The position numbers and the translations under genes are program-made. From Rhizophagus irregularis (taxonomy: Eukaryota): 64,000 nucleotides of DNA. The DNA lies in assembly GCF_026210795.1 (NCBI RefSeq), contig NC_089434.1, positions 1,240,001-1,304,000 of the forward strand. Reading direction: 5' to 3'. The notes beneath the pieces are model-generated. The model ran no database searches. It saw only the letters and a list, made by a program, of their open reading frames with translations, and was not told the origin of the DNA. Below are positions 13,020-24,715 of this stretch, piece by piece (positions within the stretch are counted from its first letter, which is position 1; the number at the start of each line of letters is the position of its first letter).

Positions 13020-13385
13020 TTTTTAAAATAAATTACCTTCAAACATTGGTTATTTGATTTATTATCCAATCAAAAAGCAAAAAAATCAATTTATTTGATA
13101 TGTATAAAAATTTACGGTACATTATAATTTTTTTGTGGTTTGCTTGCAATTTGTAATTTTTTGATTTTTTGGCATCATAACAGTGCTTTGATCAAATAAA
13201 AGTACGCCTTTTACTTCAGTAATTATTTGTTATCAAATATTTTATTTTATTTAATAAAATAATCAACTACGCCATATTGTTCCTCAATTTAATTGGATAA
13301 ATGTCACATGCTTACTAGTGGCGCTGACACTAATTGTAAATTCTTGCCTGCACTATGATTTTTCGGGTTTGGCGAACGAGTTCGA
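13020..13385. repeat. Dispersed promoter-like block (CCAAT and CACATG motifs); related copies at ~19850-20190, ~46500-46595, ~60750-61165
   Basis: Shared core tttaattggataa(a/g)(t/c)g(t/a)cacatg in all four; ttcttgcctgcactatg..tttc.ggtttgg shared with the 61 kb copy. Confidence 0.7.
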
Positions 13386-13621
13386 GTATATATACCTTGA
13401 GAATTCGTTGGAGAATCAAAATCTAATCATTTTTTTCGTGTACTGATAAATTACTTTTTTTACTATGCTTATTAATTTTTTTGCTGTATTATGTCATAAT
13501 AAGCCACCAAAAGTTCACGATGTATTCAGAAAAGTATATAAAATATATATACCTTCAAACTTTATTATACTGTAAGTTCGCTTAAACTTTCTCTTAAATA
13601 CTTTATCACTTTTATAGCAAT

Positions 13622-15289
13622 ATGGTAATCGAAATGGAAAAGTCGTACAATTGTTTACTTCTAGGAAACAATAACATTTTATTTCCGCTTGCCATTTTCA
13701 AAGATGAAGTTGGAAAGTTCGTCAAGTTTGTTCAACAAAAAATCTTCTTAACCAAATTAACAGTTTACTTCTCAGGGATCATCTTTGTAGAGAGAAAAAA
13801 GTTGCTAATTCCGACAATATGATTCTTTGGAAAACGAATAACGTCAAGATGAGTGATATTAAAGATCGAAATATTTCTACTGAAGACGATGTTAAAAATG
13901 AACTTAATGGGAAGAAATGGAATTTAATTCACTGTTTAGAAGATATTTTAAAGAATTGAAAGATGATAGTCAAGATAAAGAAGATGATGAATTCGCAGAG
14001 ATCGCCACCATCAACCCCGTCATTGTCGCCACTGTAAGTATCTCCCAACGTTTTAACTCTTGAACAAGAAATTTGCAGTAACAAAATATCGATTTGGTCT
14101 TGATCTCTTTTTTTCTCGTTAAAGAGGTCCCTTCCAGCAAGGCGTTCCACGAGGTACAGTATCCGCAGTTAAATTACTTAAGTGTTGGTTTTAGTTACGT
14201 ATCCTAACCCGCCACTATTCACACATATATATGCTGATTGGAGTAATTCTGATTCAGTTTACAACTGGATGAAAATTTTGAAGCGTTCCAGTGAAATCGC
14301 GACACCCAAGATATATTTTTGTTTTCAACCTGTTGTCGCCTCCTCTGTTTCTGATTGCTAATTTATGTATATTATCAATTAGTGGATTCGTATGGTGCTA
14401 AGTTTCCTTTACAGGGTAGAGACGAAACAATGAGAGTATTATTTAATGGTAATGGAGCACGGGAAGGGTTGAAGGGATGTGCCAAAGATTTGAAAACCGT
14501 AAGAAGAAAGTTCGAAACATCCACCCTATCTCTCTATTGGCAAATGGACCAGGAACTAGAAAGAGCCGATTCCTCCAAGAAATTCCAACTTTATTACGCG
14601 AGCATGCTGAAAATTATACGAATGACGATGAACTCTTGGATAGGATCAAATATAGGATGTATGCTATAAATGTTACCTTTGGTAACGGTACTCCAGCATC
14701 AGAGGAAGATACATCTATAGGACAAATATCGGTTGTGTTGCAAATACTCTACGAAAATTTTATCTCCGGAACTTTAGGCTATGGAGAATTCTTGGAGAAG
14801 TGTAGTTCGGTAAAAAAGCTCAAAATTGAAATGTACTCAATATATTGTTCTCAAAGATGTTATAAATAGTGATAAGGATGAAAATAGTTTTATTAAACTT
14901 GTCATCCTTGGAATTGATGAATTAAACATTTTGCACAATAAGAGGGTCATAACAATCCAGTTCGTGAAATTGTGCGTGCTGTTGATGGATTAAGTTGCCT
15001 GGTTCCAGAATATTCTATGTGCCGATCTTTGCTGGAACAATTCAAGGTCTCTTGAAGAAATGTCAGAGAATAAAAATACCGTTATATACCAATTCACCTT
15101 CTTCAGGATCAGGAGGTTCGGAAAATTAGCGAATTTTGTTGCCCGTTCTGAACGTAATCATGATCTAGATCACATCTAGAGCGGTACTTTTCGTCGTTGC
15201 ATTAGTGACTTTGGTGGTCAAGTTCGGGCTCTAGAAATTTTCTATGAATATTTGTTGAACGTGGAACAAATAATGTGGATTACATACAT
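13622..15289 (+). pseudogene. Crinkler (CRN)-like effector with P-loop NTPase domain, frameshifted and interrupted
   Basis: CRN-type header motifs (YNCLLLG, then ILWK in a shifted frame, ending INPVIV followed by an intron). Walker A-like ANGPGTRKS (G replaced by R) at ~14540-14566 and Walker B LVILGIDE at ~14898-14921. Multiple frameshifts. Confidence 0.7.
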
Positions 15290-15460
15290 TGTGTGTCACA
15301 ACTGTCACATGTCAAGGAAGAACTTATGGATCCTTTCATTCATTCAGGAAAATAAGCAGATCGAACATGTATTCGCATAGGTGTAACCGTGATCAAAAAT
15401 CACATGTTCGTGAACAATTATTACTTTTGCCAAGAAAAAATTTTTATCAAAATAAATAAA

Positions 15461-18061
15461 GAAAACTCTTTCCCCTTTTTTACGTTTTATTAATTTTCCG
15501 CAGTAAATATAGCAATTTTGCTTTGGTTATTTTTTCAGTTTTCTGTTGAAAACTAAAGGGATAGAGGCCCTGAGAGGGCGCCTCGGGCATAAGGCGAGGT
15601 TTTTTGTTCAATATATACATTATATAAATATAGAATATGACCTCTTCTAACTTTATACACATAGACTTTGACGTCCCCATTTCGTACCCACATTTTACAA
15701 ATAGCAATACAGTCTCTACACCTATCAACCACAACAAAAGTGATAATAACATACGACATAATACATTTCCGACTTCTACTCCTAAATACATACCCCCGTA
15801 CTCGACTAACAGCCTTCGCAAAATTCCTTCCAAGACGCTTGAGAATAAAAAACCTTTGAAAATTTTTTTTTCAAAATTTCACGTGACTAACCCGAATCGG
15901 GCAGGATATAACAAGATCTATGAAATCAGACGATCAAGATGTTACTTTTTTGAGTTAAATGATCTTCCCCTTGACACCAATGAAATTAATTTAACGATTC
16001 ACACAAATGATTACCATGTGAAAAGTTCTCCAATTAGTTATTATAACACAAGCACAACGCCGAATGACAAATACAGAATTAGCTGTATGCTCACGCATTT
16101 TTTTTCCTCACAAAGAGTAATTCCACGACGTATTCAACAAAAATATTTTAATTTTATTCGAGATAAATTATTGGCTCGAAAAGATATCATCCGATCACGT
16201 GCTAATTCTCACACGTCACGAAATATTCATACTCGTACTTTTTTTAATTTTACATATAAGAAATATCGTTTTTATTTAGGATTATATATTCCCTGTCATC
16301 ATTTATCACCCACTCCTGGCATAGGTCCACGTCCAAGTAGTTGTGCGGTTCCTGCACCTTTTGTTATGTCAAAGTGTAGACGAGCATGTGTTATGCATCA
16401 ACACACGTTCTTCAAATCAAATTTATATCACAATATTCGAATTGATAATAATGATACTAGAATAATCAATGCTAGTGGTGTAGTAAACTCTAAACAATCA
16501 CATGGAAACTTGTTACATCAACGATGGAATAATCGAGTAAAGAAGAAAATTTATTCAAATAGATTGGGCATTTCCTATGATTCTTCCTATCATGCTCGTA
16601 ATGTTAGTTCAGTACTTAAACATAATAATACACATATGTATAGGAAACGTTTAGATAACTTCTCACCTAAATATAGTGATAATGACAAAACAAAAAAACG
16701 ACAAGAAACCCGGTTTGCGCGCCTTTGTAAACGTATCTTCAACAAACCTGAACATAATCGACGTAATACTACACGTCATCAATTAAACACAGCACGACGC
16801 TACAGATTCTTATTTCTTCCATCACAATATATTAACAAACCGATCAAACATTTGATATATACTCATGGTTTAGACTACCCAAACTATGGTTTTGTTACTC
16901 CTTACCGTATTGATCGAGAGGATAAGGAAAAAAAGTTAATATCAAGTATGACGTTTACGAATCCGCACTCACAGGAAGTCTATCATACAGTTGCACCATA
17001 TCGTCCATTCCCTGATATGTTCATTCCGCACAAATATAGGAATATTATACCTAAAGATCCGATCTATGACAATACTGGGAATTTTATTATTCCAGGATCA
17101 AGAGAATGGTTCACTTATATGCACAATCTACATCAATCAGGTACTATACCGATACCTATTCTTACAGGTCAAGTAACTCAATATGAATATTATGCAGAAC
17201 AAGCTGCCGAACATGATCGCATCGCTAAAATCGAACGTGACAAGGAAGAATCTAGTATACACATCAAGAAAAATTTTGGGACAACATATTTACGACATAT
17301 AGATCGTACTAGAGAAATTAATCGACTTTTTAACAAGTCTGAAGAATTTGATTTTAAGATGAAACATTTCACGTCTGATTTACGACAATTTGGATCTGAC
17401 AGGGATCACCGTGCCTATATCGATCATGAACTCAAGGAATTTAACGAACGCTATAAAGCCGATACTTATGGTAAAAGATATGTACTAGAATCAGAACTTT
17501 CCGATAATACCAAGGAACTTGAACGACGCCCTAATAAACGTAATCCTACGATGGTTCCTAATAATTTCTTCACAAGTCAAGAGAATAGATACAAACGAAG
17601 GTTAAACCCACCTGCAGAAGCGGATGACTCACCAGGAGCAGGTCCTTCAATGTTCAATAATTTACGTAGTTTACACGCCAAGTACCTTTTTTGAGTCAAA
17701 AATACCCTTTTATATAGTTTCTTTTCTTATAAATATATTGTACACATTTGTACCAGGTGATTTTAACAAACAAACAATTTAGAATAGTGTGAATCAATCC
17801 AACCATGACAGTATTTACGGTTGGCGACCTTCGGGTTGAAAGAAAAATACGGATCGTTTTTTTTTAATGATTGATTTGATATTTTAGCGTAGTCCTACTT
17901 TATCAAAGAGTACAGATCGAAGAGTGGGGTCCCGTAGGGGATGACGAACAAAGGTCTATACACATATATTAGCTTTAAGTATTTTCGAACTCTTTTTTTC
18001 TTCTATTTGTAATAGCCTGGGTTTTAACACTCTTTTAGTAATAAAATAAATAAATAAATAA
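15461..18061 (+). mobile_element. RT-less, protein-coding non-LTR retroposon (2601 bp)
   Basis: Exact 15-bp TSD ATCAAAATAAATAAA at 15446-15460 and 18062-18076; (TAAA)n tail ~18040-18061; single intronless ORF; GC-rich hairpins in both UTRs. Confidence 0.8.
15637..17694 (+). CDS. 685-aa basic, Asn/His/Arg-rich protein of unknown function encoded by the retroposon
   Basis: Uninterrupted 2 kb ORF in very AT-rich DNA; Cys/His cluster IPCHH...SSC...KCRRACVMH; no YxDD RT, APE or RNase H motif seen. Confidence 0.85.
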   Translation: MTSSNFIHIDFDVPISYPHFTNSNTVSTPINHNKSDNNIRHNTFPTSTPKYIPPYSTNSLRKIPSKTLENKKPLKIFFSKFHVTNPNRAGYNKIYEIRRSRCYFFELNDLPLDTNEINLTIHTNDYHVKSSPISYYNTSTTPNDKYRISCMLTHFFSSQRVIPRRIQQKYFNFIRDKLLARKDIIRSRANSHTSRNIHTRTFFNFTYKKYRFYLGLYIPCHHLSPTPGIGPRPSSCAVPAPFVMSKCRRACVMHQHTFFKSNLYHNIRIDNNDTRIINASGVVNSKQSHGNLLHQRWNNRVKKKIYSNRLGISYDSSYHARNVSSVLKHNNTHMYRKRLDNFSPKYSDNDKTKKRQETRFARLCKRIFNKPEHNRRNTTRHQLNTARRYRFLFLPSQYINKPIKHLIYTHGLDYPNYGFVTPYRIDREDKEKKLISSMTFTNPHSQEVYHTVAPYRPFPDMFIPHKYRNIIPKDPIYDNTGNFIIPGSREWFTYMHNLHQSGTIPIPILTGQVTQYEYYAEQAAEHDRIAKIERDKEESSIHIKKNFGTTYLRHIDRTREINRLFNKSEEFDFKMKHFTSDLRQFGSDRDHRAYIDHELKEFNERYKADTYGKRYVLESELSDNTKELERRPNKRNPTMVPNNFFTSQENRYKRRLNPPAEADDSPGAGPSMFNNLRSLHAKYLF

Positions 18062-20194
18062 ATCAAAATAAATAAATAAATACAGAGCTCGGGACTGCGT
18101 CCGTGATACATGGCGTCTATGATAATTACGGCTAATTATTTTTTTGGACGATAACCCTTTATTCTAACCCTCTTCCTTTCTGGCTCACATGCCCTATCTT
18201 TTAATAATATCAACAAACTTTGTTAGGTTAAAACTTTGTACATTTGCCACGTGATACTTATGCAATAACACAGAATTTCCTTTTATATAATTTTCTGTTG
18301 ATGTAAGAAATCCTCATAAATATTTAATAAATTCCTTTAACTTTGAGATCAGATTTTTCAATGATTATTTTTCAAGCACGTTTATAAATGACGTATAAGA
18401 ATATAATTATTGACTAGTTTTGAGATTTTAAGCTATTTACATTGCATATGGGATATACCTAACGCGTTGTTCCATATATCATCACAATTCTAAAATGGTG
18501 AAATAATGATCTTGATAACCGGTAATCCATAGGCAAATAACCAGAGAATTATGATAAAAAAAAAAACAAATAAAATGCTACGAAAATTAATTTTTTTTTT
18601 TTTTTGAGGAATTTGCCAAGACTTATTTATTTATTATAAAAGTGATACTTTGGGTGCGTAATAAAATGTTTATTTATAGGAACTACAAAATAATTATAAT
18701 CATAAATGGTATTAAATATTACTTGTAAATTCATAATTTCGTATAAATTTCCAAAAAGGAATAATTATATCGCGTGTGGCGAGTTTATTACGTAAATACG
18801 TAGGATTAATTACAATCTTTGATATATATACTGTATTATTGTGAATTTTGACAAATTTTCTTTTTTTTTAAAAAAAAAATATAATAAGTAAAAAATAATA
18901 AATCCCTTTAATTCGTTTATTAAATTATTTTATCAAATGCAAATTTGAATGCCAATATTGAAGGTAATTTATTCGATAGTGTTATCACGTTAATTAAAAT
19001 AAAAGGAGTTCTATAAAGAGAAGTATCATCAAGACTTTCGAACATGTCATGAAGGAAAGTCCATATTTCCATACTATTTAATGTTATATTTTCCGCCGCA
19101 GGTCAATACCATCATAATATGTAAAACAATTCAATATGCCAATTGACAACGAAGGAATTTTTGTAACAAGTGCATTCCGAGTAGGACAAATATGACAAAT
19201 ATATTTTCGATGATACGGAGTGACACGTTCCAGTAATTATTGTTATAACATGCACAGAATCCTACCATATAATGTTGAGAATATATTCAAAATTTTGGAT
19301 TTTAGAAATATATAATTAGTACAAAAGTATATATGATATATTAATATAATTTATTTACAACTTCTAATTCCCGTAACGAGTTTTTACGTAATTATTGTAA
19401 ATTCAGAATGTGCTTTTCTAACGTATTATTAAAGATCAGTTTCTCTCCTGTTTTATTAGATATTCGACTAAAGATTGATAAAATATATTAATGGAAGAAA
19501 AAGTTTATACTAACTACATTAAAGTTTATGTACATATTTAATTTTCACACCCTGAGTTACACACTCAGCAAGTTAAAGTCAAAAGAAAAGCCACGCGTTG
19601 CTCATATAAAAGAATTGTTTAAAATTATTTTAAATGGGAGACATGCGTAATGAATGAGGTGTAAAATATCGATTCACCCAATTTTTTAATATCGTACAAC
19701 GAAACTGTTCAAGTAAGAGTTAAATAGTGTTACGATTAATTATATTACTAAAAGTAGGTAATGATTTTCGAGGATAAGTGTACAATTCCATGTATTGATT
19801 CTACCTTACATAGTTTTAATAAGTAATTCCTATTACTTTTTTTTGAAAAGAAAAAGAATTTAAAAAAATTTACCTTCAAACATTTAGCTATTTGGTTTAT
19901 TAAAATCTTCGAAAAATCTATTAATTGATACGCTATTGATATTATCGTTCAGCTCTTTTTGAAGTATTTTGCTTTCCTTTAGTTAACTTGATTTTTCGGT
20001 ATATTGATACTTTGTTTAAATGAAAGTGCCTATCTACTTCAATAATTATTTGTTATCGATATTTTAATTTTATTTAATAAAATCATATATTCATATTACC
20101 TATTCGATATGTTCGACTACGCCACATTGTTCAAGTATTCTCAATTTAATTGGATAAATGACACATGCTTTCAGATCATGTGTTTTAACTACAT

Positions 20195-20585
20195 GAGAAC
20201 GCGTGAAAAAATGGCCATTAAAATGTGTATAATTGTCAGTCTTACCATTAAAATTAACATTTGATCCTTTTGTTTGTTGCACTGTTTCTTGTTTATATTA
20301 ATTGAAATAAATTACGTTTAATGAATATTTGCATTAATAAATAATATTAGCTTATTTACTTACCATCTTTTACTAGTAGATTTTTAAACATTTGGGATAA
20401 CTTTTTACAATTGGCTAAAATTTAAAATATGATTCATTATTTATTTATTCAATTATTTTTTTATAAATAAAAAGATAAATCAATTAATACTGTATATAGA
20501 TAATTCACCAACAATTGAATCTTTTTATTATATATTTCTAAAATTTACTTACCTATTATATTGTGGAATATTGAGTACTTTAAAT
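20195..20585 (-). pseudogene. Orphan 3' exons of a kinase paralogue
   Basis: cttaccatt...ttgatccttt.gttt.ttgcactgtttctt and ttacttaccatc match the 3' exons of the kinase at ~47865-48040; no kinase domain is attached. Confidence 0.65.
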
Positions 20586-22399
20586 GATTCTTGCGTATAA
20601 GTTGAAAAAATCACATGGGAATGGAAGTGTTGTGTCAAGATCATAAACATTTATCCTGATTAAAAAAATGTTTTTAGAATAAAAGAGATGGTTTGTGACA
20701 TCCAAAATATCAAATTCAAATACTTTTGTTCCGAATCTTTTTCTTAACTATCAAAATCACATGATAATCCTATTATGAGGTGAAATTAATTAAATTAATT
20801 AAAAATTTAATTTTTTCTTTTAAAAAAAAAAAGAATTTATTTTTTTCCATTACCCTTACCCAAATTATCATTCCATCTGAATATTTAGATGCACGTTGTT
20901 TCCATAATGGGACCTGAAAAAGTTTTTTATTATAAATTTTAATTTATTTTCAATTAAAAAAAAAATAAATCAATAAATAAAATAAAATTTTCTTTTTTTT
21001 TTACCGTAAGATATTCATTTGATATAAAACAACAAATTTATTTTTTATATCATCTAATTCTTTACATAAATGGTAAATATTTTCTTCACAATAACAAGAT
21101 GTATAAATTAATTTTTTATCAGAAAAGTCTGGTAAAATGTTTTTTAAAAACAAAAAATTTTTTTTTTTGTTTATAAAAAAATTATTCCTTTCATATTATA
21201 TTAATTAATTTAAAATGAAAATCACGTTTGTCTTAAAAATAGTCGATTTTATTTACATATGAATGTAAATATATCAATTTAAAATTTAAAATTAATAATA
21301 TTGGATGAAAGAATAAAGAATAGTTTGGTTATTAGGAATAAATGCGTTAAAATCCCGTATATTTTTAGTAATCGATTGAACAATAATATTAAATATAATT
21401 CTTTAAATTTCGAATAATGATGATGATATTAAAATAATTGTTAATTTTATAGCGATAATTTATTTACTTTTTATATATATAATGAAGAAATATGGTATAT
21501 AATAATATAAATATGTAATATTGAAATATTTGATTTTGAATTATTAGGTTGCAGAAGTTATCATAAATATTATTCAATATTTTTAAACCGATTTTTTCTT
21601 TGTAAAGTCACAGGATATCCCATTTACAATATAAATAGAACAACATTAAAAATTATTCTTGAAATTTTTGATTGCATATAAATTTATCATAAAAAATATT
21701 TATTAGCTATACTATTAACCCAGATTTGTTAGAATCCTTTTTAATTTAATGATTTATGAAATAAGTTGGGTATAACTAGTAATTCTTTTAACACGTCGAA
21801 ATTAACTCGTAGATTGTTTCACAATGACCAACTGATAATATATTTTAGGTACATCCTCTTACTTAAAGGAACAAGCATTCCTTTAGCAAAAAGAGAATTA
21901 TTATTCAAATAATTTGCGCTATTAGATTTCATGTATACAAAAATAATATAAATCTTCAACTCTAAATAATAACTTGAGCCCCAACACTGCTTTTAAGTAA
22001 TAACGACAACAATAATCCAAACATACTTCGTTACTTTGAACTTGTTTATCACTTTATCACAGCAATCAGGACAGCTTTAAATTAACACAATTTGATTAAC
22101 GACATATTAATTAGTTCATATATAGTTTCGACTCTATTAATTAAATTTCCATTACGTCACAACCTATTATCAATAAAAAAGTTATTTCGTAAATCAATGT
22201 GGTGAGGCGTCAACTTCTCATTTACATGTTGAAAAATATTGATTTAAATTTATTGGTAAGCTATAATATATAGTATATATATATAAATTATTTAATTTAC
22301 AAACTAAGGAACGCAAAAAATATTTACTACTCTAGCCTTAGTGTTTAAATAATTCAAAATAACTAAAATATTCAATATCGCTTGTTTATAATTATTATT

Positions 22400-24715
22400 T
22401 TAAAATCCATCTAAAAAATATATATATAAATAAATATAAATAATAGAAATTATAGAAATTAGCAATTAAATTATTATTTATACAATATTAATATTAAGAA
22501 ACTAACCATCGGGAATCTCAAATTCATCTTGATCTTCTGAATGAAGGTTTGGATTATTATGTATTTCGTCATCGTCTATAAAAGGACAAAATTTTTAATT
22601 TAAACATTGCAAAAATAAAATGAAAATTTATAGCAAATTAATTTACTTACCATTAACTGATCCTTTCTTTTGTTGTGTTGTTTCTTTTTTATGATCATTT
22701 TGAATGTCTGAATTTTTAAATAAATAAATCAGTAAGATATAACAAATATTTCTTAATAAACGATTAAAATTTAGAATAATATTACTTACCATTATTTGAA
22801 TTTATTTGTAACCTTTTAAATACTTTAGATAACCTTTTACTACCACCTAAAATTGAGATAAATTTGTATCATTATTTCAAAATTTTGAATATATAAATAA
22901 ATTACCTTTAAAAATACTATTTATTTTTGATGTTTTATTAATCTTCTGATCGTTTGAATTATTAAAATCTTCAACTAAAAAAACGAAAATCTGTTTAATA
23001 ATTATTTCATCAAATAAAAATCTCAATAAATACTTACTATTATCAGGAATATTAAAATCATATGTTTTACTATGAAATGCTATTTAAAAATAAGAAAAAT
23101 AGGTTATAAATTATTATAATAGTTAATAAAATAACAATAAAAAAGCTAACCTTCTTGTTCTTCTACAATGTGTATAATCATTTAAATAAAAAAAAAAATT
23201 AGTAACTCATCAATCATCATATCTTAATCAATAAACAAAAAACTTAAATAAATAATACCTTCTGTTGCATTTTTTGGTTCGGGTAAATTTTCAAATTGAT
23301 GAACTTTGCTCGTAAATAATCTGCTGCTTGTATAATTTGTGCTAGTTTTTGTTTCAAAATTATTCACTGCTTTTGACTGGAAAAATTCATCTGACATATT
23401 TTGATATGATAGATGAATTTCTCTTATTTTATCCCGAAGAAATTTTATATCAAGTCTTTTTAATGGATCAGCATCCCAACATTGTACCATTAAATTTTTA
23501 TATTCTAAAGGAATATCTGACATAATTTCCGGTCTCATACCATTAATTATATCCATTGCAAGATTATAATCATCATGCTTATAATCAATAAATGGTGAAT
23601 ATCCAGATGAAATTTCCCACATAAGTATCGCAATACTATAAATATCAGATGCAAAAGTATACCCTTTTCCATTAATAACTTCGGGTGCTATGTAAGGAAG
23701 ATTTCCATATATACTTTTTGATGATTTATCAGCAGGTCCACAAAATCCAAGATCACTAATAAGCCATCTATCATTAAATTGTGAAAATAATATATTTCCA
23801 GAGTGCAAATCTCTATGAATTGCTTTTTCAAAATGAATAAAATAAAGTGCATTAATTATTTCAAAAGCAATTTTAATTCTTTCTTTCCATGTGAGTCGTT
23901 CATTATTTTGTTGTAAATATTTTCTTAAATCCATATCCATTTTCACCATTACAAGCATGTAATTTCCACTTGATATATCTTGTGTTAAACCGCAACATCG
24001 GACAATTACTGTCCATTTATTATTTATAGTTAAATGTGATTTAGCCTATAAGAATTTAAAAATTTTATTGTCAATACAAAAATTATTTAATTTAATAAAC
24101 AATTTAGAATATATACCTCTTCAAACCAACTTTGATTTGCACTTTCAACATTTTCTAATTTTTTGAGTACTACATAGTACACTACAAAGTTTTCAACTCT
24201 TTTTAATTGTTGTTTTTTAGAATCCCATTTATCATAATTTCCACCAATCCAACCTGCAGTATAAATTTCGGAGAATCCACCTTTTGTAAGATATTTAATA
24301 TTTTGTAAATTACTATATGGAATCCATTCAATTATCATATCTGGAGTAAAAGTTCCATTTGACATTTCTGTATTAAATTATCAATATCATCATTTCCAGA
24401 TGTCCAATGTGAAAATTTTCCTTTTAAATAATTTCGAATACAATATTCACAATATGATGTAGCTAAACATTCTTGATTGCAATCTTCACAAATTCTTTTT
24501 GTTCCCGTATTAAAAAGAATTTTATTTCGGTCGTAAGATTTAGTTATATATTTCATTGCAAAAGTTTTTTCATCATCTGTAAGAAGTTTATCAGCAAGAA
24601 TAAATTGTTTTTGAAATTCATATTGTTTGTGAATATCAGTGTGAATACTATAATCAATTAACGAATGTGCTCTACTAGTTGTTGCATAAACTAATTCATA
24701 TCGAATGGTAGACAT
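22400..24715 (-). pseudogene. TKL-type protein kinase paralogue 1, multi-exon, with a 1-bp frameshift in exon 1
   Basis: Exon 1 24715-24117, exon 2 24045-23259, 12-nt micro-exon 23162-23151, further small exons to TAA at 22400. Motifs TKGGFSEIY, VVLK, HRDLHSGNIL, DLG, YIAPE. Only 8 nt lie between QME and PD codons (~24350) versus 9 in paralogue 2; this could be a sequencing error. Confidence 0.85.

Larger units (their letters stand above)
15292..18110. mobile_element. Solo-LTR-like sequence (~200 bp: 15292-15460 plus 18077-18110) split by the retroposon
   Basis: Termini TGTGTCAC...GTGATACA (TG...CA, imperfect inverted repeat); starts where CRN coding similarity ends; no clean TSD. Confidence 0.4.

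Noticed and set aside
15571..15580. CTGAGAG as a hammerhead ribozyme core
   Set aside because: It does not match CUGANGA, and there is no correctly placed downstream GAAA with stems I-III.
15480..15859. Short ORFs overlapping the retroposon 5' end (15480-15833, 15553-15759, 15668-15859)
   Set aside because: Shadow frames of the 685-aa ORF and its UTR; no independent coding signal.
15290..18112. TGTG/CATG as a deaminated CGTG target-site duplication of the solo-LTR-like insert
   Set aside because: Requires several assumed mutations; too speculative to use as evidence.
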